From an uncultured Erysipelotrichaceae bacterium (GTDB lineage: Bacteria > Bacillota_I > Bacilli_A > Erysipelotrichales > Erysipelotrichaceae): a DNA stretch of 64,000 nucleotides. The DNA is taken from contig CAYJFQ010000006.1 of NCBI GenBank assembly GCA_964369955.1, positions 2,763-66,762 of the forward strand, given 5' to 3'. Numbering within the stretch: the first letter of the stretch is position 1; every line of letters starts with the position of its first letter. Both the position numbers and the translations under genes were made by a program. Below are positions 1 through 11,206 of this stretch, piece after piece. The notes below the pieces were generated by a model that was not told the DNA's origin, ran no database searches, and saw nothing but the letters and a program-made list of their open reading frames with translations.

Positions 1-58
1 AGGTAAAGAATATTTAATGAAAGATGGGGATGTCGTTCATTTCCGTTTTAATGTATAA
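1..58 (+). CDS. ychF: Ribosome-binding ATPase YchF, C-terminal end only (gene enters from the left edge)
   Basis: Reading from position 2 gives GKEYLMKDGDVVHFRFNV followed by TAA (56-58). The DGD-x-x-HFRFNV ending is the conserved C-terminus of YchF/OLA1 proteins. Only 18 codons are visible. Confidence 0.55.
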   Translation, partial: GKEYLMKDGDVVHFRFNV

Positions 59-81
59 TATAGTAAATTATAGGCAAAAAA

Positions 82-1296
82 ATGAAAAAGATAACTATTT
101 TGTTAGTAGCCTTATTAATGTTAACGGGATGTGCTCCCGCAACAAAAGAGGTAAAAATTAGAATCCTAGTAGAGCCAGAGTTAGAAATGGTTCTTTTAGA
201 CTATGTAACTGAATACCAAGAAAAATATAATATTGAGATTGAATTTGTAAAGTGTGATGTAAATGTAAGTGCTTGCGATATTGATTCTCAGTTATCTTAT
301 TTATATAAGGTAGATAACACACCCGATATCGTTCAATTTAATTCAAAAAAAGATTATGAAGTTTGGAGTCATCGCCTAGCTTCATTAAATGGTCAAAATT
401 GGTTAAAAAATACTGAATTTGAATTAGAGGTTGAAGAGAAAATTGTTGGACTACCAGTATCTTATAAAGGTTATGGAGTTTTATACAACAGTGATTTACT
501 GCTTGAGGCTGGAGTTATGCCAACTAGTTTGAATGATATTGATGGATATAAAGCTGCCTTTAAAAAGATCAATACCAAGAAAAAAGATTTAGGGATTAAT
601 TCAGTTGTCTCAATTGCACTAGGACTAGGAAATGTTGACAATGTCGTAGTTAGTACTATTGGAGCTTTATTAGGTAATGGTATTAGTTATTCAGATAATC
701 ACTTTATCGACAGTATTAAAGAAGGATATGTAAGTACCAATAGGTTTGATGAATTTGCGAGCTGGATCAATTTATTATTCACTTACAGTAATAAAGAGGA
801 CTTATTAAATGGTGGCAGAAATGATCAATATGATGCTTGGTTAAATGGCGAAAGTGTCTTTACTATTGGATATTTAGAAGATGAACCAGCCTTCAATTAT
901 GGCGTAGCACCTATGGGGGCTTACTTAAAGAGTGATGATGGTATTTTAGTTGATGTGGAAAGTTATCTTAGTATCTTTGCAGATTCAGAAAATCTAGCGG
1001 CTAGTAATAAGTTCATCAATGACTTATTTGTTGGTGAAACAGGAGTTGATTATTTAAGTAATCAAGATACTTTTAAAATTCCATTTAGAAATATTGGTGA
1101 AAAAAATAATCCAATTGATTTATGGATAAACGATGCCAAGTATTTTAATAATCACACTTATGAGTTTGAAGAAGATTACCTTAGTCAAAATATATGTGAT
1201 TTATATATAAAATTAGCTAATAAAGAAATTAGCACCAGTAAGTTTTCTTCAACTTTAAAGAGTAGATTAACAAAATATTATGAAAGTGAAAATTGA
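82..1296 (+). CDS. Extracellular solute-binding lipoprotein (ABC family-1 type SBP) without adjacent permease or ATPase genes
   Basis: 404-aa ORF. Signal peptide with lipobox LTGC (Cys17). Size and composition are typical of sugar-type binding proteins. The family call is by eye only. Confidence 0.65.
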   Translation: MKKITILLVALLMLTGCAPATKEVKIRILVEPELEMVLLDYVTEYQEKYNIEIEFVKCDVNVSACDIDSQLSYLYKVDNTPDIVQFNSKKDYEVWSHRLASLNGQNWLKNTEFELEVEEKIVGLPVSYKGYGVLYNSDLLLEAGVMPTSLNDIDGYKAAFKKINTKKKDLGINSVVSIALGLGNVDNVVVSTIGALLGNGISYSDNHFIDSIKEGYVSTNRFDEFASWINLLFTYSNKEDLLNGGRNDQYDAWLNGESVFTIGYLEDEPAFNYGVAPMGAYLKSDDGILVDVESYLSIFADSENLAASNKFINDLFVGETGVDYLSNQDTFKIPFRNIGEKNNPIDLWINDAKYFNNHTYEFEEDYLSQNICDLYIKLANKEISTSKFSSTLKSRLTKYYESEN

Positions 1297-1310
1297 GTTA
1301 TAATATAAGT

Positions 1311-2201
1311 ATGAAAAATAAAAAAGTCGTAGTAATTGGAGCTGTTAGCGTTGACATCTTCGGTCAATCTGATAGCCAAATAGTTAATCAAGATTCAAAT
1401 CCTGGAAGGGTTGAATTTTCTTTTGGTGGTGTTGGACGTAATATCGCCAACAATATTGCCAAACTAGGTATTGATGTAGAGTTGATAGCACCAATTGGAG
1501 ATGATTTCTATGCCGACAATATCCAAAAACATTGTCAAAAAGAAGGGATAGGATTGAATCACTGTTTTAAGACAAATGGTAATACTCCAGTATATCTAGC
1601 AATTAATCAACCTAATGGAGAAATGCAATGTGCAATTGCGGACTTTTCTTTAGTTAATAGCATTACTATTGAGTTTTTAAAGTCTAAACTAGATTTCATT
1701 AATAGTTGTGATTTAGTGGTAATTGATACAAATTGGAATAGTGAAATAATGAATTTCCTCTTCAACAATATCACTACAAAAATATTTGTTGACCCAGTCT
1801 CAACAACTAAAGCCAAAAAAATTATTAATTTCTTAGATAAAATTACAGTTTTAAAACCTAATTTAATCGAGGCTAAAACACTGACTAACAGTAATGGAGA
1901 TTGCCATACTTTAGTCAAGAAATTAAATGAATTAGGAGTTAAAGAGGTTTATTTAACTATGAGTCAAGATGGGGTATGCATTGGCGATACTGTCATCGAA
2001 AACTATGTAGGTGAAATAAAAAATACCACAGGATGTGGTGATGCCTTTCTTTCAGGAATTATCTATGGAGATTTATTGGAACTTTCCAACGAAGAAAAAG
2101 CAAAACATGGATTAGCGGCCGCAAGTATTTGCGCAATGTCTTCTAATTCAATAAGTGAACATTTAAATAGTGAATCTATTAAGGAGAAAATATGCAACTA
2201 G
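1311..2201 (+). CDS. psuK: PfkB-family carbohydrate kinase, probable pseudouridine kinase
   Basis: Track ORF 1293..2201. The ATG at 1311 (MKNKKVVVIGAVSVD) matches the usual PfkB N-terminus; the TTG at 1293 is the alternative. C-terminal NTTGCGDAF motif of ribokinase-like kinases. Overlaps psuG by 10 nt. Confidence 0.7.
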   Translation: MKNKKVVVIGAVSVDIFGQSDSQIVNQDSNPGRVEFSFGGVGRNIANNIAKLGIDVELIAPIGDDFYADNIQKHCQKEGIGLNHCFKTNGNTPVYLAINQPNGEMQCAIADFSLVNSITIEFLKSKLDFINSCDLVVIDTNWNSEIMNFLFNNITTKIFVDPVSTTKAKKIINFLDKITVLKPNLIEAKTLTNSNGDCHTLVKKLNELGVKEVYLTMSQDGVCIGDTVIENYVGEIKNTTGCGDAFLSGIIYGDLLELSNEEKAKHGLAAASICAMSSNSISEHLNSESIKEKICN

Positions 2202-3103
2202 AAAAATATTTAGAAGTTAGTGAAGAAGTAAAACAAGCCCTTAAGGAAGGGAAACCAGTTGTTGCGTTAGAATCAACAATAATCTCTCATGGTATGCCTT
2301 ATCCAAAGAATGTTGAAACAGCTTTAAATGTAGAAAAAATCATTCGTGACCAAGGAGTTGTTCCTGCGACTATCGCCATCATTAAAGGAAAAATTAAAGT
2401 TGGATGTAGTGCTGAGGAAGTAGAATATTTAGGAAAAAAAGGACTAGCAGTAACTAAAGTTAGTAGAAGAGACTTACCAGTTGTGTTAGCTAGAGGACTT
2501 GATGGCGCAACTACTGTTGCGACAACAATGATTGGAGCCGCTTTAGCGGGAGTTAATATCTTTGCGACAGGCGGAATCGGTGGTGTGCATCGTAAAGCAG
2601 AAATCACTATGGATATTTCAGCTGACTTAGAAGAATTGGCTAATACAAATGTTTTAGTTGTTTGTGCAGGTGCTAAATCAATTCTTGATATCCCACTTAC
2701 TTTAGAGTATTTGGAAACTAAAGGTGTTCCAGTTCTTGGTTATCAAACTGAACAATTGCCAGCATTCTATACAAGAGAGTCAGGATATAAAGTTGACTAT
2801 CGTGTTGATACTCCAAAAGAAGTTGCAGAAATCTTGAAAACTAAATTAGATTGTGGATTTAATGGAGGAATTGTTTTAGGGAATCCGATACCTGTCGAAT
2901 ACTCAATGGATGCTAACTACATCAATAAAAATATTGAAGAAGCCTTAATTGAGGCTGACAAATTAGGAATTAAAGGTAAAGATACTACACCTTTCTTATT
3001 AGACAAAATTCAAAAGATGACTTCAGGCAAAAGTTTAGATACTAACATTCAAATTGTTTACAACAATGCGCTTGTAGCTGCATTAATTGCGAAAGAAATG
3101 TAG
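2192..3103 (+). CDS. psuG: Pseudouridine-5'-phosphate glycosidase
   Basis: 303-aa ORF with SD AAGGAG 8 nt upstream. The N-terminal PVVALESTIISHGMPYP and central GGIGGVHR segments are characteristic of YeiN/PsuG. Confidence 0.9.
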   Translation: MQLEKYLEVSEEVKQALKEGKPVVALESTIISHGMPYPKNVETALNVEKIIRDQGVVPATIAIIKGKIKVGCSAEEVEYLGKKGLAVTKVSRRDLPVVLARGLDGATTVATTMIGAALAGVNIFATGGIGGVHRKAEITMDISADLEELANTNVLVVCAGAKSILDIPLTLEYLETKGVPVLGYQTEQLPAFYTRESGYKVDYRVDTPKEVAEILKTKLDCGFNGGIVLGNPIPVEYSMDANYINKNIEEALIEADKLGIKGKDTTPFLLDKIQKMTSGKSLDTNIQIVYNNALVAALIAKEM

Positions 3104-3107
3104 GTTG

Positions 3108-4220
3108 ATGAAAGATTTTTATTTAAAAGAATTTTCACTCTTAAAATTAGGAAAAATTAGTATAGAGTATGTTAAGAAGGAAAAGAAGTTTCTGGCAATT
3201 ACCTTTGCGATATATTTGGTAAGTGTTTGTTTTTTAATGAGCAATTTGGTGGATTACTTAATAAGAGTTACTCATTTATTAATGATTGAAAACCAAGAGA
3301 TGGTTAATTCTATTCTTTACAATAATCCAAGTGGAAGTGGTTACTTTGTTTTGATTAAATTTATTCAAATGATAATCATTGAAAGTTTACCTTACTTACT
3401 ATTAGTAATAACTATGGTTTCTCTATTGAGAATAATCTTTAATGTAAGCTTATTTGTAAGACAAGATTTATACGTTAAAGGTATAAGTGTTTCAAAAGAA
3501 AAATTTATTCGTTTGGTTATGCACAAAATATTGCCAGCAGTTAAATTAGACTTCCTGTTTAGTTTTATGGTCTTTACTGGGTGGTTTCTATATTTTATGA
3601 TTCTGTTGGCCGATAACTTTGTCTTTGATAGTGTTAACTTATACTTAACAGTGGGATTTTTATGTTTTGTTGGGACAGTTTGTTTAATGATATCTCCATT
3701 CACATATCAAGCAGCTATTAAATACGGAATGCCTAGCGTTAACGCAATGGGGCATTCATATAGCTTATTTAAAACTAATAAAGTGAATACAACAATCATT
3801 TCATTAGCACTTCCAACATTTATTATGCTTATCATGATCTGGTTTTTATACTTTGGAACATTAGAGAGTACATATAGTTCTTACTACACTTTGAGCATTA
3901 TCTTAGTGATACTTTGGATCATATATTTTAATATCTTCAAAGTTTACAAGAACTTTATGTTTATCAATCTTGATTATCTTTACACTCAAACTTTAGAAGA
4001 GGACGATATTTATATTGATCGTATTGATTTAATAGTCAAAGATCTTAAAATTGATAATAAAGATTTGATTGCAGATTTTAAAGTAATGATACCAACTATC
4101 AAGAAAAAAGCTTTACAACTTCCAGCAATTATTCCAACCATTAATAAGGAAGAAAACAAAGATAAAAAAGTGTTCAAACTTGAGGTTAATAGAATATTTA
4201 AACAATTTAAAAAGAAATAA
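3108..4220 (+). CDS. Uncharacterised polytopic membrane protein (about 6-7 hydrophobic helices plus a charged C-terminal tail)
   Basis: Track ORF 3087..4220. The ATG at 3108 lies just after the psuG stop (3101-3103). Long hydrophobic runs continue through about residue 290, followed by a Lys/Asp-rich tail. No family recognised. Confidence 0.5.
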   Translation: MKDFYLKEFSLLKLGKISIEYVKKEKKFLAITFAIYLVSVCFLMSNLVDYLIRVTHLLMIENQEMVNSILYNNPSGSGYFVLIKFIQMIIIESLPYLLLVITMVSLLRIIFNVSLFVRQDLYVKGISVSKEKFIRLVMHKILPAVKLDFLFSFMVFTGWFLYFMILLADNFVFDSVNLYLTVGFLCFVGTVCLMISPFTYQAAIKYGMPSVNAMGHSYSLFKTNKVNTTIISLALPTFIMLIMIWFLYFGTLESTYSSYYTLSIILVILWIIYFNIFKVYKNFMFINLDYLYTQTLEEDDIYIDRIDLIVKDLKIDNKDLIADFKVMIPTIKKKALQLPAIIPTINKEENKDKKVFKLEVNRIFKQFKKK

Positions 4221-4243
4221 GAGTCGGTTAACGACTCTTATTT
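4215..4243. terminator. Bidirectional intrinsic terminator shared by convergent genes
   Basis: AAATAAGAGTCG (4215-4226) pairs perfectly with CGACTCTTATTT (4232-4243). A/T runs lie on both sides. The hairpin spans the stops of both flanking ORFs. Confidence 0.7.
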
Positions 4244-5451
4244 CTAGTTATTTTAGTTAAGATATCAGCCACAAAACGCAAAGGCTTACTATTTAAATGT
4301 CGATGAGCTTCTTTTAATTTAGCTGGAATATCAATGTATTGTGGACAATGTTTTTTACAAAGGTTGCAATTAGTACATTGATCAGCTCCGGATTTCTTAT
4401 CTCCTAGATAACCTGCAGCCTTACCAATATATTGCATTCTAACAAGACCAGCATTCTTGCCAAAATAGTAAATGCTATTATAATCATTGAAAGTGCCAGG
4501 GATATCAACATTAAAGGGACAGGGCATACAATAATTACAACCAGTACAGGTAACTCTCATCAGTTGATTATAGACACCTTTAACTTCATCAATTACCGCT
4601 AACTGCTCAGAAGTTAAGGAATTAATTTTTGTTTCACTAGCTACTTTCACATTCTCAAGTATATGCTTATCATCATTCATTCCACTTAAAACTGTAAAGA
4701 CTCCGTCATGATTCATAACAAACCTCAAAGCCCAATAAGCTGCACTTAAATGCTCAGAGTCTTGAGCCAATATTTCGTTTACCTTAGTCGGTGCTTTGCT
4801 AGCGAGGGAACCACCTCGTAATGGTTCCATGACTGCAACACCGATCCCTAGTTCTTTCGCTCTATTTAAACCTGCTAAACCAGCTTGATTGTATTCATCA
4901 AGATAATTGAATTGAATTTGCGTAAAGTCCCAAGGATAGCTCTCTAGAATTTTTAAAAATTCTTCAGGTCGACCATGAAAAGAAAAACCAAGATATTTAA
5001 TTTCTCCTTTTTCTTTTTTCTGTTTAAGAAAATCGATGATTCCAAAATCTATTAATTTCTCCCAATCTTTAAGACTACTTAGCATATGCATTAAATAGAA
5101 ATCAATATAGTTGGTATCTAATCTCTTTAATTGATTACTATAATATTTTTCAATTTGTTCAGCTTTATTGATTAGAAAGGTAGGCAATTTATCGGCAATA
5201 TAAATCTTATCACGTAGTTGATATTTTTTAATAAATTCGCCAAGTAAAACTTCACTTTTTCCAGCATGATAATTATATGCAGTATCAAAGTAGTTAACTC
5301 CATTATCATAAGCTAACTTCATTTGTGATAATGCTAATTCTTTATCTAATACTCCATTCTTACTTTTAAAGCGCATGCATCCAAATCCTAGTAGTGATAT
5401 TTCTGGTGATCCCTTTATAAATTGACGATATTGCATAAAACCTCCTTGCAT
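4228..5451 (-). CDS. Aldo/keto reductase fused to a C-terminal 2x[4Fe-4S] ferredoxin-like domain
   Basis: 407 aa. The N-terminal GFGCMRF...NYFDTAYNYH segment is AKR-like. The C-terminus carries CTGCNYCMPCP and CTNCNLCKKHCP cluster motifs. Confidence 0.8.
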   Translation of the reverse strand: MQGGFMQYRQFIKGSPEISLLGFGCMRFKSKNGVLDKELALSQMKLAYDNGVNYFDTAYNYHAGKSEVLLGEFIKKYQLRDKIYIADKLPTFLINKAEQIEKYYSNQLKRLDTNYIDFYLMHMLSSLKDWEKLIDFGIIDFLKQKKEKGEIKYLGFSFHGRPEEFLKILESYPWDFTQIQFNYLDEYNQAGLAGLNRAKELGIGVAVMEPLRGGSLASKAPTKVNEILAQDSEHLSAAYWALRFVMNHDGVFTVLSGMNDDKHILENVKVASETKINSLTSEQLAVIDEVKGVYNQLMRVTCTGCNYCMPCPFNVDIPGTFNDYNSIYYFGKNAGLVRMQYIGKAAGYLGDKKSGADQCTNCNLCKKHCPQYIDIPAKLKEAHRHLNSKPLRFVADILTKITRNKSR

Positions 5452-5589
5452 TTACTCTATTAAATTTTAATACAGAAAGCTAATTAATTATAGAGGCATA
5501 ACAAAATATTATTTTGGATAAAATAAATGGAATATTAAAACTCTAAATTAAATAAAGTATAATAAGTGAAAGAGACTTAGGGGGAAGCT

Positions 5590-6537
5590 ATGAAATTAAT
5601 AAATATTGGAACTAGTATGATTAATGAACGTTTTGTTAGTGCTTTTATTGAAAGTGAAGTTGGAGAATACTTAGGATGTTATTCTCGCAGCGTTAGTAGT
5701 GGTCAGTCATTTATGGACAAGCATAATTTTGAAGGAGTGGTTTACACAGATCTTAATGAAATGTTGAATAGTGAAGTAGATGTAGTGTATATTGGTTCTC
5801 CAAATGGCATTCATTATCAACAAGCAGTTTTAGCCTTAAAAGCAAAGAAAAATGTCATTTGTGAAAAGCCTTTAGTTGGAAGTTTAAAGGAGTTTGATGA
5901 GTTGTTTGATTTAGCTGAAAAGAATGATGTTTTTTTATTTGAGGCAATTACTATCGTTCACTTACCAAATACTAAAGTGATTAAAAAACATCTTGGTGAA
6001 ATTGAGCCTATTAAATTATGTCACATTGATTTAAATCAATATTCAAGTCGCTATGACTTACTTTTAAAAGGAGAAACACCTAATATATTTTCAAAAGAAT
6101 TAGAGGGTGGAGCTTTAAATGACTTAGGGGTTTATAGTTATCACTTAGCTTATAACTTATTTGGTAAACCTAGTGAACAAACAGCCTTTTTTAACTATCA
6201 AAATGGCATTGATGTATCAGGAGTAGGTTTACTAAGATACCCTAATTTAGTTTGCCATTTAACATTTGCGAAAGATTGTAGTTCACGAATGCTAAGTACT
6301 ATTTCTGGCGAAAAAGGATATATAGAGATAGAGGGATCAATTGGAAGAATTCCTAGTGTTTATCTAATTAAAAACGGTGAGCGTAAACTAATTTCTGTTG
6401 AAAACAGAAGTAATCATTTAATTTATGAAGTTGAGAATTTTGCGAGAATCATAAAAGAAAATGATAGAAATGAATACCTTCGATTAAGAGATATTTCAAG
6501 AGCAGTATTAGAATTAATGGTTGAAGCTAGAGATTAA
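5590..6537 (+). CDS. Gfo/Idh/MocA-family NAD(P)-dependent oxidoreductase
   Basis: 315 aa with SD GGGGGA upstream. VVYIGSPNGIHYQQAVLALKAKKNVICEKP matches the family's Rossmann/EKP signature. Confidence 0.75.
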   Translation: MKLINIGTSMINERFVSAFIESEVGEYLGCYSRSVSSGQSFMDKHNFEGVVYTDLNEMLNSEVDVVYIGSPNGIHYQQAVLALKAKKNVICEKPLVGSLKEFDELFDLAEKNDVFLFEAITIVHLPNTKVIKKHLGEIEPIKLCHIDLNQYSSRYDLLLKGETPNIFSKELEGGALNDLGVYSYHLAYNLFGKPSEQTAFFNYQNGIDVSGVGLLRYPNLVCHLTFAKDCSSRMLSTISGEKGYIEIEGSIGRIPSVYLIKNGERKLISVENRSNHLIYEVENFARIIKENDRNEYLRLRDISRAVLELMVEARD

Positions 6538-6539
6538 AT

Positions 6540-6580
6540 AAATATGCCATATAACTAAAATATATGGCATATTTATTTAT
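6540..6580 (+). terminator. Intrinsic terminator after the oxidoreductase gene
   Basis: AAATATGCCATATA (6540-6553) pairs perfectly with TATATGGCATATTT (6561-6574), and T-rich sequence follows. Confidence 0.65.
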
Positions 6581-6586
6581 GATTAA

Positions 6587-6595
6587 TGGTATAAT
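6587..6595 (+). promoter_or_regulatory. Extended -10 promoter element for pgk
   Basis: TGGTATAAT (TG-n-TATAAT) lies about 30 nt upstream of the pgk ATG and downstream of the preceding terminator. Confidence 0.5.
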
Positions 6596-6623
6596 TATTA
6601 CGCAAAACAAAGGAGATAAATTT

Positions 6624-7820
6624 ATGGCAAAAATGATTGTTACAGATTTAGATGTAAAAGGCAAAAAAGTAATTGTCAGAGTTGACTTCAACGTACCTCT
6701 TAAAGATGGTGTTGTAACAAACGACAATAGAATTGTACAAGCTTTACCTACTATCAACTACTTAGTAGAAAACGGAGCTAAAATCATCCTAATGTCACAT
6801 TTAGGGAAAATTGATCACAAAGATCCAGAAAAAACTGAAGCTGGCAAAAAGAAAAACAACATGGCTTATGTAGCTTCTAAATTACAAGAAAAAGTAGACA
6901 CTAAAGTTACATTTGTACCTGTTACTAAAGGCGCAGAACTTGAAGATGCGATCAACACAATGAACGATGGAGAAATCGTTTTAGTTCAAAATACTCGTTA
7001 TGAAAAAGGTGAAAGTAAAAATGATCCTGAGTTAGCTAAGTATTGGGCTTCATTAGGAGATTTATTTGTTTCTGATGCTTTCGGTTCAGTTCATCGTGCA
7101 CATGCGTCTACTGCAGGTGTTGCGGAAATTCTACCTTCAGCTTTAGGTTTCTTAGTTGAAAAAGAAGTTAAAATGTTATCTTCAGCAATTGATAACCCTA
7201 AACGTCCACTAATTGCAGTATTAGGTGGAGCTAAAGTTTCTGATAAAATTGCAGTTATTGAGAATTTACTTGAAATCGCCGATAAGATTATTATAGGTGG
7301 GGGTATGGCTTATACTTTTGCAGTTGCTCAAGGTCATACAATTGGAAATTCTTTATTTGAAGAAGATCGTTTAGAAATGGCTAAAGAATTTTTAGCAAAA
7401 GCTAATGGAAAGATTATCTTGCCTGTTGATAGTGTTGCAAATAATCAATTTGGCAATGAAGGTGATGTTAAAGTTGTTGGAGAAGATGTTCCTGAAGGTT
7501 ATATGGGATTAGATATTGGACCTAAATCAATTGAATTATTTAAAAAAGAATTAGAAGGTGCTAAAACTGTAATTTGGAATGGTCCTATGGGATGTTTTGA
7601 AATGAGTAATTTTGCAGAAGGCACAAAAGCGATTTGTACTGCAATTTCTGAATTACCAGATGTATTTAGTGTAATTGGTGGTGGTGATAGTGCAGCTGCT
7701 GCAATTCAAATGGGATTCCAAGATAAATTCACTCACATCTCTACAGGTGGTGGAGCATCTCTTGAGTTCATGGAAGGAAAAGTGTTACCAGGTATTGATG
7801 TAATACAGGAGAATAAATAA
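6624..7820 (+). CDS. pgk: Phosphoglycerate kinase
   Basis: Track ORF 6564..7820. The ATG at 6624 ([25 protein letters not shown]) has SD AAAGGAGA upstream. The sequence is a classical PGK throughout. Confidence 0.95.
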   Translation: MAKMIVTDLDVKGKKVIVRVDFNVPLKDGVVTNDNRIVQALPTINYLVENGAKIILMSHLGKIDHKDPEKTEAGKKKNNMAYVASKLQEKVDTKVTFVPVTKGAELEDAINTMNDGEIVLVQNTRYEKGESKNDPELAKYWASLGDLFVSDAFGSVHRAHASTAGVAEILPSALGFLVEKEVKMLSSAIDNPKRPLIAVLGGAKVSDKIAVIENLLEIADKIIIGGGMAYTFAVAQGHTIGNSLFEEDRLEMAKEFLAKANGKIILPVDSVANNQFGNEGDVKVVGEDVPEGYMGLDIGPKSIELFKKELEGAKTVIWNGPMGCFEMSNFAEGTKAICTAISELPDVFSVIGGGDSAAAAIQMGFQDKFTHISTGGGASLEFMEGKVLPGIDVIQENK

Positions 7821-8563
7821 TGAGAAAACCAATTATTGTTGGAAACTGGAAAATGAATAAGACTATCGCAGATGCAAAAGCATTTGTTGAAGCTGTTGAT
7901 GGTAAATTAAATGATAATGCGACTTATGGTATTGGAGCACCGTATTTAGCTTTAGATACTTGTGTTAAGTCTGCTAGTAATTTAATTATTGCGGCTGAGA
8001 ACTGTCACTTTGAGGATGCTGGTGCATATACTGGTGAAGTTTCAGTTGGAATGTTAACTGAACTGGGTGTTAAATGGTGTATCATTGGACATTCTGAAAG
8101 AAGACAAATGTTCAATGAAACTGATGAGACTGTTAATAAAAAGGCTGCTAAATTAATTGCGAATGGTATCACTCCAATTATTTGTGTTGGTGAAACTCTT
8201 GATGAATTTGAAAGTGGAATTACTGCAGATGTTGTTTGTAGTCAAATCGAAGGATGTTTAAAGGGTATTGATGGTAATGATGTTGCCAACTTAGTTATCG
8301 CTTATGAGCCTGTTTGGGCTATCGGCACTGGCAAAAGTGCTACTAAAGAAATCGCTCAAGATACTTGTGCTATCTGTCGTTCTCAAGTTGAAAAGATGTT
8401 TGGCAAAGATGTTGCGGATAAAGTTAGAATCCAATATGGTGGTTCTGTAAATCCGGGCAACATTGCTGAGTATATGGCGATGGAAGATATTGACGGTGCT
8501 TTAATTGGAGGAGCTTCATTAAAAGTTGACTCTTTCTTAGAGATTGCTAACGCTTTAAAATAA
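7820..8563 (+). CDS. tpiA: Triose-phosphate isomerase
   Basis: 247 aa with IVGNWKMNK, IIGHSERR and AYEPVWAIGTG motifs. Its start overlaps the pgk stop (TAATG). Confidence 0.95.
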   Translation: MRKPIIVGNWKMNKTIADAKAFVEAVDGKLNDNATYGIGAPYLALDTCVKSASNLIIAAENCHFEDAGAYTGEVSVGMLTELGVKWCIIGHSERRQMFNETDETVNKKAAKLIANGITPIICVGETLDEFESGITADVVCSQIEGCLKGIDGNDVANLVIAYEPVWAIGTGKSATKEIAQDTCAICRSQVEKMFGKDVADKVRIQYGGSVNPGNIAEYMAMEDIDGALIGGASLKVDSFLEIANALK

Positions 8564-8592
8564 ATCTTACATCACTATGTAATATTTATTTA

Positions 8593-8610
8593 ATAACTCA
8601 ATTGAGTTAT
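8593..8610. repeat. Perfect 18-bp palindrome between tpiA and eno
   Basis: ATAACTCAATTGAGTTAT is self-complementary and overlaps a TATAAT hexamer at 8608-8613. Confidence 0.8.
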
Positions 8611-8643
8611 AATATTTATGGAAAAATTAACAAGGAGGAATAA

Positions 8644-9945
<1,302 letters not shown>

Positions 9946-9956
9946 TTTAGTAATCA

Positions 9957-9985
9957 AAGAGAACAATTTTGTTCTCTTTTTTTCT
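9957..9985 (+). terminator. Intrinsic terminator after eno
   Basis: AAAGAGAAC / GTTCTCTTT stem followed by a T-run. Confidence 0.8.
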
Positions 9986-10007
9986 TCATTAAGGTATAAT
10001 AACTTCA

Positions 10008-10700
10008 ATGAAAAAAAATAAATATAAATATTTAATGTTTGATTTAGACGATACTATTCTTGACTTTAAAAAAGGCGAACAAAAAGCTTTAAAGAAAGTT
10101 TTTAATTATTATGAGTTATCATATGATAAAGAAATATTTAATATATACAAACAGGTAAACAATGAATATTGGAAAAATTTTGAGTTAGGATTGATTGAGA
10201 AGGATCAAATAACAAAAGGAAGATTTACAACCTTTTTTGAAAAAATGAATATCAAATGTGACGGATTAGAAGCAAATCAACTGTTTATAGATGAACTAAG
10301 CAAGTGTGATTACTTAATTGAGGACAGTTATAAATTATTAGAAAAACTAAGTAAAGATTACTATTTAGTGGCTGTAACTAACGGGTTTTCACAAGCACAA
10401 AATGGTAGATTAAAAGTAACAGGATTAGATAAGTATTTTAGAAATATCTATATATCCTCAGAAATAGGCAGTCAAAAACCTCAAAAAGAATTTTTTGACT
10501 TCGTGGTTAAAGATCTAAATTTAAATAATATTAATGAAGTTTTAATCATTGGAGATTCATTAAACTCAGATATTATTGGCGGAATAAACTACGGATTTGA
10601 CACATGTTGGTTAAATCCCAATGATCTAGCCACTAAATTAAATCCAACTTACACCATAACCTCTTTAAAAGAACTTCAAAGAATCTTGGAGGATAATTAA
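10008..10700 (+). CDS. HAD-superfamily hydrolase (YjjG-like nucleotidase subfamily IA)
   Basis: 230 aa with the FDLDDTILDF (DxDxT) motif I and the late GDSLNSDIIGG motif. Confidence 0.75.
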   Translation: MKKNKYKYLMFDLDDTILDFKKGEQKALKKVFNYYELSYDKEIFNIYKQVNNEYWKNFELGLIEKDQITKGRFTTFFEKMNIKCDGLEANQLFIDELSKCDYLIEDSYKLLEKLSKDYYLVAVTNGFSQAQNGRLKVTGLDKYFRNIYISSEIGSQKPQKEFFDFVVKDLNLNNINEVLIIGDSLNSDIIGGINYGFDTCWLNPNDLATKLNPTYTITSLKELQRILEDN

Positions 10701-11206
10701 TGATACATTTATATTATGGATATGGTAAGGGTAAAACAACAGCAGCAGTTGGATTAGCTACTAGAATGTTAGGATCTAGAAAAGCAGTATTATATGTTTC
10801 GTTTCTAAAAGATGGTAGTAGCAATGAGTTCAATATTCTAACAAAATATGTTAATCTTAAATTAATCCAAAATAACTTTAAAGGATTCTACTTTCAGTTA
10901 ACAGAAGATGATAGAGAAAAAGCAAAGTTAGACCAGTTAGAACTATTAAGAGAAGGTTTAAGATTAAGTAAAGAATATGACTTAATTATCTTAGATGAAC
11001 TGTTAGATTTAATTGATTTAGAAATCATTAGTGAACAAGAAACTATTAACTACCTAAAGCAATTTAACGCTAATTGTGAAATAGTTATTACTGGCCATAG
11101 CGAATATATAGAATTAATAGATTTAAGTGACTATTGTGTTGAGTTTAACTCAAAAAAACACCCATATGATAAAGGTGTTACAGCTAGAAAAGGAATAGAA
11201 TATTAA
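10700..11206 (+). CDS. CobA/CobO/BtuR-family P-loop protein (cob(I)alamin adenosyltransferase-like)
   Basis: 168 aa. The N-terminal YYGYGKGKTTAAVGLATR segment is typical of this family. The start overlaps the HAD stop by 1 nt. Confidence 0.6.
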   Translation: MIHLYYGYGKGKTTAAVGLATRMLGSRKAVLYVSFLKDGSSNEFNILTKYVNLKLIQNNFKGFYFQLTEDDREKAKLDQLELLREGLRLSKEYDLIILDELLDLIDLEIISEQETINYLKQFNANCEIVITGHSEYIELIDLSDYCVEFNSKKHPYDKGVTARKGIEY

